Of a stretch of 64,000 bases of DNA, positions 1 to 11,611 are shown piece by piece. How positions within the stretch are numbered: the first letter of the stretch is position 1; each line of letters starts with the position of its first letter. Under the pieces are notes generated by a model, which searched no databases, was not told the DNA's origin, and saw only the letters and a program-made list of their open reading frames with translations. Source of the DNA: Yuukianura sp. NJ FZ-2021 (Eukaryota); assembly GCA_046563655.1 (NCBI GenBank), contig CM102290.1, positions 12,772,001 through 12,836,000 on the forward strand, in the 5' to 3' direction. Position numbers and translations under genes: made by a program.

Positions 1-1777
1 GAAGGAAAAACTCCCGTTTTAACACTTTTTTTCAATTCAACTTTAATTCACAAAATGATCCAAATTTAGTTCGCTTGTTCCTCTTCACAAAAACTTTCTT
101 TTGATGGTCAATCACTGGCAGGCATGCGCAGATAAAGTTCTGAACAATGGCTCATCATCACCTTACTTTTCCTAAGAATGCAATTGGAAACCAAAAAATC
201 TTATTGAAAGTTAGTCCGACTCAATTTTTCAATTTTTTTGAACAATTGAAAAATTTTTTGCTCAAACTCTCTAATGTCTTTTTATGGCACAGTCCTTTTT
301 TTTTTTTGGCAATTTTGGTAAAGTTACTGGAAATTTTTTGATTTGCTGAAATTTATACTAATTTTGGTTAATCTCGTTGAAATGTTTTTCAATTTGGTCC
401 AAAATTTGGCAAAAATTTATTGCTAACCAAACTAAACGACCAAATTTTTGTTGGAATTAAGGTCTCTAAATAACGATTTGGTTGAAGTTGAGTTGGCAAA
501 GGGACTTTGGTTGTTTAGAATTATTGGACGTGGAATAGTTACTCGAAGCTCTCAAAACGTCTGTGCTCTTGCCTATTATTTTTATGGTTGTGGACGCTTT
601 CTCCTTAAATTAAGAAGGAAAATGAGTATTGGTGGAAGGGCGAAATAGGGAAATAGGCGGTGTAAGCACTTTTCACTTCATTTAACACGCACAAACCAAC
701 TTCCCATACTTATTTTCTCCACTTTTGTGTGGGAGGTCGACGAAAGCCTCAGCCTTCGGCTTTAGCATTCCTTGAAATGATTATGGCAGCAGATGAAATG
801 GAAGAATGGGCTATCTCTTTTACCACCAAAATTGGCGGTAACGACGGATTTTCAATTTCAAAACCAAGCTGCTCAACATTTCCCGCACTTTTTTTCTTGG
901 TTTTAAACTCATGCTATCACGGAGACCAATATAAACTAGCATTATTTTTTGAAAAAGTGAGTGAAATGTTGGTTTGAATTTTTTTAACCAAAACTTTTTC
1001 AGTTTGAGAAAGGACATTTCAATTTGCCAACTACAAACAGTTTCAGTTGCTGTAAAAATATGCGCCTGCGTGTCCTGGGGCCATGAGCATAATAGAATAG
1101 ACTCGTCGTGTCTAAAGTGGTGCTCTTCATTTCTACTTAAGTGCCACTTAGCCCAGTCAAATCCCATCTCCCCGCGGCGTTTTAAACTTAAACGGCCTCA
1201 ACTTGTGGTTTGTCAGAGTCGTCAACGGGTAATAAGAACCTTCGTTCCAGGCTGCATTTGAAGTGGAGCGGATTTAAGTCCAGGAGGGAACCGCAGGCGA
1301 CATTCCTTGAAACGAACGCGACTCTCCACTTTCTCGAAAGCTTCTGCCAACAACCCACCATTTCCACCTAGTTATTCTTGCACTTAGGAACTTTAGAAAG
1401 TAAAACAAGTGTTCTCACAATCAGTTATAGTCCTACTAAATGTCTTTGGCACAATGAAAACACCACAGTATTATTCTTCCACCACACTATTGACATTTCA
1501 AACTTCCTTGCTGCAAACTAAAAGGTCCTAACATACCCGGGACTTTTTTGACGGACACTTCAGTACAGTTGTAAGTACGGAATAGAAATGGCTCCGTCAA
1601 GGACAATACATTGCCGGACACTTAAGCACGGACTTTTAAGGCCCGCGAGCCTAGTGGACATCAGTTTATGCACCGAGGACATTATGGGCACGAATTTATG
1701 TATGTACGTAGTATATTGTGTAGGCTACAGACACAAATTTTAGATATTTGGAATACATTCTAGTTTAGGTTTATACG

Positions 1778-1850
1778 CAAGGTTCCTTGACAACGGAATT
1801 GTATTTCCTACAACAGGCTGTCCAATACCTAACTCAGGGTTTGCAAAAAT
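1778..1850. mobile_element. One arm of MITE family A
   Basis: caaggttccttgac..gtatttcctacaacaggctgtccaata is the reverse complement of about 41415-41467 and resembles the ends at 16867-17173. Confidence 0.65.
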
Positions 1851-4800
1851 CTTGCTTCAAACAACTTTCAGCACCAATCCCGTTTATATTACATGCAAAA
1901 AGTACATAGAAAGGCAAATTTGCTACTTTCAAACAAATTTTAAAAGTTCGAGTTATTGAACAACCTGCTGCAGAAAACGTTTTCCTTTTGTTTACGAACC
2001 TTGTTTATACTCAAATCAAATTACTGTATTTCTCGGCACATAATACGCGCCCACGTTTTGGTATTCCATGTTGAGCAGGAAACATATAAGATATTGCGGG
2101 CGTTATACGCCGAGAAACAGGGTAGAAACAGGGTTTACGGTAAGAGAAAAAGTAATATTTTGGGACATCCAGTTTTTCTTTTTTGAAAAACTTGTTTTCC
2201 AAAACCTTGGAATTTGCTGTGGCGGGAAAGTTTTCATGCCGAAAACACTTGCTAAAAGGATTTTGACATGGGAAGTGTCACACCCACGAGTGAAATATTA
2301 GAAAGGTGGGACGATGAAGGTGTAACTTTGACTGAAATTTTGACATGGAGCAATACCCTTCCCACCGCTACAAACAAAAGTGTTGATCAAAGTTTAGTTT
2401 AGATGAACAAAGTCTTCCTAAATTGTTTTGACAAGTTGCCAACGTCCTAACTACTAAAAACTTTTAGTTCTCCTTCCTCTCTCTACTTTGCCCAAGAACC
2501 ATAACCTCTGACATGCATCGTTAATATTCCGTCATTAATTCATGCTGTCAAAGCCCAGCTAATTTATTGTAACAAATTATGCATACTAATCCATCCGCTT
2601 TGTGAAGGGTGACAATGGGTGGAGGACACTTTCCACACTCAGGAGGCTTCACATAATTAGATTTTGTTTTCCCGCCGTTCAAACTACCCAAATCCAGGCC
2701 ACAACTTATCCTCGTAGTATGTATTCGGTTTTGGGTCTTAATCTCTGCTCTTAGAAGTCTCTCCATGTTCCACCGCATAAATTCCCTCCAAAGTGGATTC
2801 GCTCAAACCTAATCAAAATTCAGCCTCCAAATTCAAAATTTCAAACTGTTGCGGAATATTTTGACAGGTTGTAGGATTCAAAGGCCTCTATGGGTTCTAC
2901 ACTGTAGTTTAGTACTAATTACCCAGTGGCTATACAAAAGGAACAATGGAAACAATCTCTTCGTTTAGTTTTATTCCTTACTTTTTGTGTATAACTCATA
3001 AAAGATCTACCAAATCCATTAGCCCCATTAGCTTTTAACGCTCCAATTAATTTTACTGTTTCTTTTGTAAACTTCTGTTGATTTTTTTTACCTTTTACAC
3101 TTAAAAATATTTCTTGTTTTAGACAAATTTTTGCTGGGTTTTTTGTTAAATTCGAAAGTAATGTGTGACAATGTACATGTATGACAATGTTAAATGTGAT
3201 AAAGATAAATACTTAATATACAAATATATAATAATAACGAATACACAGACAAATGTGCAAAGACGGACGGACTGACAGACATACTACACATATTGACAAA
3301 TGATTCTCTGATTTGGTGTTCGCCGTTACTCACAGCGTTTATTACCTAAACTAAATTTACCACTGCATTTGAAAGCAAATTGAAAAAAAAACATAGTTTA
3401 TTTAACTGTAACTGTTGCTGATACGTTTGAAGTTGACGCCTAAGTTCTTTACGTCTATGACATTGCTAGTTTGTGCGTCACTTGTAGTTCAAAGTTTTGG
3501 CGGGGAAAATGGAATTGGAAAAGAAAGAGGGGGAGGGGAGGGAGCAATTTATTTCTATTTTGGGCAAATCCATGAATAGATATTTCCCTATTGTTGTCAG
3601 CCCACCAACCACCGAGGGATGTCGCATGTCGCCTCCTTTCTCTGACTTTCACCTCCGCTACACCAAAATGCTTTACATAAATTTTCAAACACAATGTAAC
3701 ATGTGGGTCCTCCTTCCCAGGACACAAAAAATTCAGAATTTCTTTTCTCGGGCCAAATTTTGTCTCAAGCGCTTCTATTCTGTTCCAAACAGCAGCAGCA
3801 CAGTGTCATCAAAGGTTGGTTCCAAAGGAGTATTAATGGCGTTCCTTTTCCTTTGTTTAAAAGTTTTCCAGCGTAGTACACCTTCGCCTCAACCTTAAAA
3901 TGTTTTGGAAATGAGGTTGGAAGGAGGCATGTGTGCTTTGATTTAGGAGAATCCATGAAAACGAGGTCTGGAATTAAGTGATAGTGCTTTATTTATGCGT
4001 TGCAACATTCTCAACGCAAAAGTTTTGCAAAATTTTGCACTAAAAATTCAAAAATACTCTGGCCAAAATCCTTTTAGAACGTAGGATGCTCAATAGCTAC
4101 CTTAAAGGGTCGCCATGTTTTGAACATAATGATATTGGCCAATTTCCCGCACTTTTCTATTTAAATTTAGCCATGCTTCAGTTGAGTTTCAATTAAGGAG
4201 AAAGTGAACCAAATTTTGAAAAAAGCTGTAAAATTTTCTATTTGCAAATAAAAAAAAGTGTCAGATTGCAAACGACACTCGGGGTCACGGTAGGTTTCAA
4301 ATTTAAAAAAGTTTCATTCCACGTTCCTCTAAAGCTTTGAAAAAAAAAATTACAAAAAGCTCGAGATTTTCTTGAATTTGATATAAAAAAAAACTTTTGA
4401 AAACTCTGACTTTTATACTTTTTATAAACTGGAAAATCTCAGATATAGTTTGGCACACTTAAAAAAAACGAATTTTCAAGAAAAAAAGAGAGAGAATTTC
4501 AAAATTCTAGAGTTCAGTTTACGACTTGTGGAAGATTGTGACGTTAGGAAAGTGAAAGTAACTTTCACCACCTCCATTTCATTAATACTTTAATGTTAAA
4601 GGTTCCCGCATTTTTCCAACTCGACTTCCCTTTTCATTATAAAGTTCCTCAAATGCAGAGACATTGGTTATTGGTTACTTTCCAGTGGAGGATTTGAGTA
4701 ACTTTGTTCCCGTTTAGTTGTGCCCCAGCACCGTCCTGCGTTTGATTGTGCCAAAGACTTGCACTTTCTCTTGGCACGACCATTCTCTGTCGAGAGTTGG

Positions 4801-5456
4801 TAGATTTATAGGCCATTAAATAAAGGCTTATTACAGTTCTGCCTTCCAGGAATCCCGTCCAGGAAGCAGTGGGCTAGTGGTTCCCGGACACTTTTGGACG
4901 GACGATTGTAAACCGCAGTATCCTTATGGACGGATTCTTATTGACTTGCAGAAACCAAGCCTAAACCTGAGAATATTCAAGATTGATCAAAGATCATAGA
5001 TTGATAAAAGTAGTGTGAATAAAGTGACACGGCCCATAAGTTTCCGTTCAAAAGTGTCTCGTTTCTTGGGTTTTGGACCAAAGAAGGAAACTGGGGAAAA
5101 GGAAGTTCCAGCGGAATTGGTGTAGTGGGGCAAAGGGAAAGGGGTGGAAGATGATGGTGAAACTGCTAAATGCAGTATTTACCGTTCTGAAAACCGCTTT
5201 TCCCGGACCACTTCTTAGCCCAAGTCTCAACAGCCACCGAGACACGTATTCTGGGATGCGTGTTGGTGGTTGGTGGGATTTCCGTACACTATGGACAGAA
5301 ATGTGAGCTTTCATCATAGGTCAATATCACGTTCTCTCCCTTCCTCAAACGGTCCCATTCAATTTAGAAGTCGTTCATTCTACACCTCAGTTCCAGCCAC
5401 TCCAGGAAACTGACGCTCTAGAACATTTTAGAAGGCAGGTTCACTTGTACCGACGG

Positions 5457-5870
5457 AGTGCCATGGACGATACGTCGTGTCAGGACGAGGACGTCCATAA
5501 CACCCCGTCCATCACAAAATTCCGTCCATAATTTCGTCCCTTTATGTACAAAAATTGGAACGGATGGACGGATAAAGTGGAACGGACGGATACTAAATCA
5601 AACTTCAGCCATGACTGTAACACATTGGATTTCCGTCCACCGTCATGGACGTATTCCTAGGATTCCGTCCATTGATGTATCGACGTGTGCTAGATTCCGT
5701 CCACTGGCATTGTGAGACGTCAGAACCTGTCCATCATGGCTCCTGTTCTGAAAGATTCCGTCCATTATTGAGATTGTTGGCTGTCCATTGGCACTTTAGC
5801 TGCATGATCCTAGAAATGCTGTCAAGTATAATTTGTCCAGCAGTCCTAACAGTCCATTGTGACTGGACCA
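5457..5870. repeat. Degenerate array of (T)CCGTCCA / TGGACG motifs in both orientations
   Basis: More than 10 GTCCA or TGGAC cores spaced roughly 15-40 nt apart. Confidence 0.7.
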
Positions 5871-6281
5871 ACCGTTGTCGTTGGTGGTAATTTGTGACTG
5901 TTCAAATAAAGCGCGCGCCCTGGTTTTCATTTCTCAAGTTCATGACAAGAGGCAACAAGCACAAAATGAAAGAGAAAGTCCAAAATGAACCTAAATTGGC
6001 CACCCCCAGCTTCTGGCCCATTTGAAATGACAAATTATACGAATTCCCTCAATCCCTGAACCAGCAAAGTGGATTACTCTTCACTTGATGCTTTCTAACT
6101 ACACTCTGGTTTCAGTTTTATAACACACTATTTACTATGTAGACGTTACCATAACGTAACATAGGCTAGGTGCAGCAGCAGCAGCGAGATTTTCAAATGT
6201 TGATGACATGGGGAAAGTTAATTTGACTTTGGAGAGGAGCAGTGGTGCAGATGAGTAGAAATTCGTGCCTGTTTGAATCTC

Positions 6282-6562
6282 CTATAGGCAAGGTTGTTCA
6301 AATCGAAATTTTGTTAGTGTTTTCTTAACAGGTTGCACCATAACTCAATTTTCAAATTTTTTTAAACCGCACATCAGACGCTCTCCGTTGCTTTAGCAAT
6401 TCGAAATCAAAACTATGAAAATTAAAAAAATTCAAAAGTTTATCGTGAAAACAAACAAAATTGGTCCAAAAGTTGTTCTTTTGTGACTTAAAAAAATCGG
6501 CGTTATGGCATAACCTGTTAGCGGATTTGTGTAAATGGGCGTTATAGCAACCTTGGCTATAG
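6282..6562. mobile_element. MITE family B, copy 1
   Basis: Terminal inverted repeats ctataggcaaggttg / caaccttggctatag, and inner IR taacaggtt / aacctgtta. Homologous to 34061-34293. Confidence 0.75.
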
Positions 6563-7860
6563 GTTAGGCACCTAACCTAAATTGATTCTACTGAAATTCT
6601 TTTTTGGTTTTGGAGGACACAAGTGAACTGACTGGACACTTTTGACTGCACTACCAAAATTTGAATGTGTATTCAGAAGTCCAATTGGACTTGCTGATTT
6701 TACGAATCTCTCTCCCGGGAAAATAGGAAGTTGTGAAATGAATTCACAATGGAACGAAAAAGATAGGTTTCTGTGCGAGTTAAATTTTTATGCAAATGAG
6801 GACTTTCCTCCATAGACTACGCACTAAAGTAAAGCCTATTTAAAAAAAGCACAAGTTGGCACAAATTTTGAGCACAAAAATAAAGCTCAACTTAAGCAGA
6901 CAAAAAAAAATGAAAAACGAGATTTCAAAATTTCTGTCCTATCAAAATTCTATGGCAGTACCATAACCCTGTTCTCTCAAAATGAAAGTCTCTGCTTTCT
7001 CCACTTATAAATCTAAACGCCTAATTGGTTTTTTCAAAAACCTTAAACCTTTACTCATGATTTTTTTTGAAAAATAAAAAGTAAAATGCATGTTTTATTG
7101 AGCGAAACTAATGGTGTTCTCCCGTTTTGAGAATCAGTCTTTCCAGCTTGATGAGCCTCTAATTTACGGTTCAGTTGGGATTACTTATTGTATTAAGGAC
7201 TAGTTAGTACCACTGCAGCTTTTCCTTAGTTTCTACCCAACGTTCTAAAAGTTTTCACCGTCCAACTTTCTCCAGGGCCCAAAAGTTGTTCATTTCCACT
7301 GGAAAATATGAAATGTTGAAGTAGTAGTGGCTTTTCTGCCACAAGTAAAGCAAAGCCTAACCTAGGAACTGTTAATGCTCAAATCTCCTTTCTCTCCATT
7401 ATTAACAGATTAAGGACCAGAGAGAAAGTGGCCAAGAAAGAAACTGACTCTCGAACAACAGAAATTAAAAACGGAAAAGAAAACAGCATCTTTTACTTTT
7501 TGTTGTTTGAAAAAACAAACAAGTTGCTGTATCAAATTTCCAGAATTCCAGGCGTTTTCATTTTTTTTCTCTGGCAGAAGTTATCAAGTTTGTATAATTT
7601 TTTTTCTTGGTGGTATAAAACAAAGCTGTAAAGACCTATACATTTTTCTTGGTCATTTACACTTTTCACTTTGCCTCGACTAGAAACAAACGCAGTTTAA
7701 TTTAAAACTTGCGGATTTGGAATTTATGATTCGTTTTCGCCAGCATCCTAAAAATGTAACTTCGGGAGAGCTATTTAACATGACCGATTTAGCTAAATTT
7801 AAAGTCACGATTGTGTAACCTAGAGAAAGTTATTTTTGAACGACAAAATAATATTTGTGA

Positions 7861-8339
7861 TACACCTCATTCTCTAAATAAGAAACTAAAAACCTCGACC
7901 TTTCTGCATATATTGTCGTGGCCGTGGGCCTCAGTAAGGGTTCTTAAAAGGTTCCTATAGCAACGAAATAGTTATGTTTAAAAGGTTAGGCAATAAGTCC
8001 CATTTTTCAAAAATGTAGCTGCAAACAATTTTTTTACTCTGATTTTACTCTGAACTTATTGATCACTTTATTTGAGTTAAAAATTTGCATCCAACTACAT
8101 GAATAAAAATAAATCAGAGCTAAAATCTCCAAGGAAATGAGAGCTGCTGTGATGTTGTTTCATTTCTTCAATTTTGGGGGGAAAAGAATAATACCTGACT
8201 TATTGCCTAACCTGTTAAAGAAAAAACTATTTCCATGTTTACGAACTTTGGCTTATTCTTTGGCCGCACTGAGGCCTCATTGAAAAGAAATGGAGAAAGG
8301 TTTGAGGTTTTTAGTTTCTTATTTAAAGAATGTACTGTA
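7861..8339. mobile_element. MITE with long imperfect TIRs and TA ends (Tc1/mariner-like), intronic to the K2P gene
   Basis: taaataagaaactaaaaacctc..cctttct pairs with agaaagg..gaggtttttagtttcttattta. aggttaggcaataagtc pairs with gacttattgcctaacct. Confidence 0.8.
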
Positions 8340-8701
8340 TTCTTATTTTCCCATTACAGTATGTGTTTGAGTAGTTGTGAAATCCAAGAAATATGATACA
8401 GTTAGCAAAGGGGATTAGAAGCCTACAAGATATTAGAGCCAAAAACCCTCTTTTCTCTTTGCTCACTTTATGACTAATGCCTAATGTCTCTATCCTTCCC
8501 TTGGATTCACAGGGCTCTACAGTAACCACAAGATTTAAGGGGCCATGTCACATTTTTACGTACAGAATGTAACCACAGAAGAGTAGCACAGAAAAATAAC
8601 CTTAGCCAAAGCCTTGGTCTTTGTTCAAGGCTCAAGTGGCCGGAGTTTTTTAGCTTTTAAGAAAAAATCAATGAGGCAACTCATAATTTATTTGTCTCTA
8701 G

Positions 8702-9741
8702 GGTACGGCGGAATTGGGCCAAAAACATCATCAGCCAAGATTGCCACCATGATCTATGCCATCTTCGGAATTCCAATCATGCTCTGGTACCTCTCCAACG
8801 TTGGCTCACTTTTGGCCAAAATAGCACGTTTCCTGTGTGCTAAACTGTGTTGCTGCTGTTGCTGTGACCAAGGTCCAGAGAGCAGTAGTCAGTCGGCCAG
8901 TCACCACCGGAACGTACACGGTCCCTCCAAGTCTTCCGCCACGTCGAATGCGTCACTACGCAAAAGTCATCCGAACAAGCAGGACTCTTACTATCAGACG
9001 AAACCGCTCGACGGCGACGCGTCACTGTCACAAAGTTATGGAGACGAAGCACTATGTCGCTCCGGCGACATCAACTATGCCGAAGACGACTTCAGACGAC
9101 AACCTCAGCGCATCAGTATCCTCTTTATCCTGATTCTGTCAATTGGCGTCCTTCTGGCCTACATTTCACTTGGTTCCTACATTGTCTCGAGGTGGGAAAA
9201 GTGGGCCTTCCTGGACGGCTTTTACTTTTGCTTCCTCACTCTCACCACAATCAGTTTCGGTGACATACGAGTCCAGAAAACTGGATCTCTGGAACGATTC
9301 AGTACGAAGACAGAGTGGTTCTGCTCCTTCTACATCCTCTTTGGCATGGCCCTTACTTCCATGTTTTTCAACATTTTGCATGAAGAGATTTCCAAAAAAT
9401 ACAAGTTATGGAAAGATTCGCCACTGAATAGACGCGTTCCAGCAGAAGCCAACGAAACGCTGGCAACGGTGAACCGAACGAGGCGTCGCCCAGTTGAGAA
9501 CTCTTACTCTGTCCATCTCATGAACTTCAATTCTCCGTCAAACACGACCGGCAGTCGGAACTTTACTGAAGAAACAATCTTGTCGAACGAAGGTCACTGC
9601 AAACCCCGAGGGGGCTTGTCTTCAACTGACTCTTGTTCTAAAATGTACGACGAAGAGGAAGTGCCCACTGACTACATCGTGGCCCACCCTATCCCACCGC
9701 CAAGAGAAATCTACGGATCCCACCCAGTGTTTCCTAGGTAA
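8702..9741 (+). CDS. Terminal exon of a two-pore-domain (K2P, TWIK-family-like) potassium channel; upstream exons not found in the window
   Basis: Acceptor AG at 8700-8701 splits the first Gly of GYG. This is followed by P1-M2 (GYGGIGPKT...IYAIFGIPIMLWYL), M3, P2 (WAFLDGFYFCFLTLTTISFGD) and M4 (YILFGMALTSMFF). Stop at 9739-9741. Confidence 0.93.
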
Positions 9742-11391
9742 AAAAAAAGTTAACCTAAGCTAAAGAAAGTCTTCAGACTACCCCCTCCCCCTACAGCCAA
9801 TCCCCCCCCCCCCTCCCGTCTCCACCAGAATTTCAAATCACCTTAAGCGATAGAAGAAATCCTGCCTTTGAAGTCGGACTAAACTTCTTTAATCACCCTC
9901 ACATGCACATTACGTTTTGTACTAGCCTAAGTTGGCCTAACTTTAGAAAAAACTAAATTTCCAAAGAAACTCTTCAAATTCAACAAGCCATGACCTTTGA
10001 AATTGCAACTGAAACTCCAACATCAAGTAGTCAAACACAGAAATAAGCAACTTAAGTAGTTCTCTCGATCCAAATTCAGATCAAAAACACAAACCTTCAC
10101 TTTTTTGTTGAATCTACTTTTCCATTATTCATTGCAGCGTTGACTTTTGCGGCAGAACATGATGACAGTTCCCATCTTTTTGTGGCAGATGATCCTTGTT
10201 CGTGTCTATCCACCTAATAATTTTCGTGTTTCCATGGTTTCCAACACACACAAAAATATGTCAAAAAATGGATCTTGTGACGTTTCCAAGAAAAAGAAAT
10301 GAAGCTAATCCGTTTCTTTGGCGGTAACAACACAATCAAACAGTTTCCGGATCTTGCTCAATTCCGATTTTTACTAAAGATAATTTCCACGTAGCAACCG
10401 TAAGCGATTGAGCCGTACTTATCCTGTCAATTCAATTAGAAATGTTCGAGTCGTTGCTTCTCATGAACAAAAAAAAACAAAAAACAAAGGACATAACTTG
10501 AAATCAGAGATCAACAATGGCAGGACGCTTGTGGACGGGAACTTTTGAACCGACACTCGTTTCCATGGCAATGCGTAACCTACATAACGTAGTAGTCTAA
10601 AAGTGACCGTCCATGACAGTCTCGTTATGCCTGTCAAGGTCAGCGGTGGATTTTGTTGTCATGGGAAGCTGGACCACAATTGAGAAGCCGAGTCCAGAAC
10701 CATTAAGTTGATTGATGAGGATTATGATGATGATAGTTGTGGAATAGACTAAATAAGCTCCAATAAATCCCAAGTTTAACAACAGAAATTGAGAGCTACT
10801 GCTTCCCCTGCACAGTTCATTATTCATCTTTCTAAGTTCTATTGAAATGAAGACGCAGATACCATTTGGACAGTTCTGACAAATGCTACTTCGCCACTTT
10901 CACTCTCCACTTCCACTGTAATCTGGATACCTAACAGGATCCTTTCAAATCCACCTCACTTCACTCCACAAACCTCCATTAGCCTAACAATGCACGGATA
11001 AACTCTAGTTTTATGGGATTACTTAAGCTAGAGGTCAAAGGTTAACACAAAAACCACAAATCGTGTAGTTAATGGGGAAAAAGTTGGATTTTTTGAGTAA
11101 AAACAGTGTTAAAGAATTTGGAGGTGCTAGAGAAATTGTTAAAATTTTGAATTGTACTGAATACATTAATGTAAATGTCTAAAAAAAAGTTAAAAATTTA
11201 GTATAACTATACTAACTTTTACTACTTTGGTTGTACTAAGGATTGATTTATACTGTAAATTTGGAAAATGAAATTGACTGGTGCTTATGAAATTCCAATG
11301 TTCAAGTATACAGGTCACTGTCCAAAGTTTTTTCTGGTCGTTCCATAATTAATTCATTGTGATACACAATTTTGTCTTTATAAAAAAAGAT

Positions 11392-11611
11392 TACCGTAAA
11401 TTTCCAAGTAAAGTTGCCTCCATTTTTATTATCTAAATTTCTTGCCTCAAATTAGATTTTACTTTGTCAAAATTTTGAATGTTTCTGTTTCCTGTACTTT
11501 TGAAGTTCCAATTTTTGCGAAATCCAATTTTTTTTTTAAATTACTAAGATCTTAATTTTTGCAAAATGTTTTTTTTTCTATATTTAGGTGGTTACATGGG
11601 AATTTACGGTA
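11392..11611. mobile_element. Small MITE with TA-CCGTA termini
   Basis: taccgtaaatttccaagtaa pairs imperfectly with ttacatgggaatttacggta. Confidence 0.7.

Noticed and set aside
5073..5306. ORF containing WWDF as a possible upstream K2P pore exon
   Set aside because: It lacks the following pore helix and TTIG sequence, so there is no real K2P similarity.
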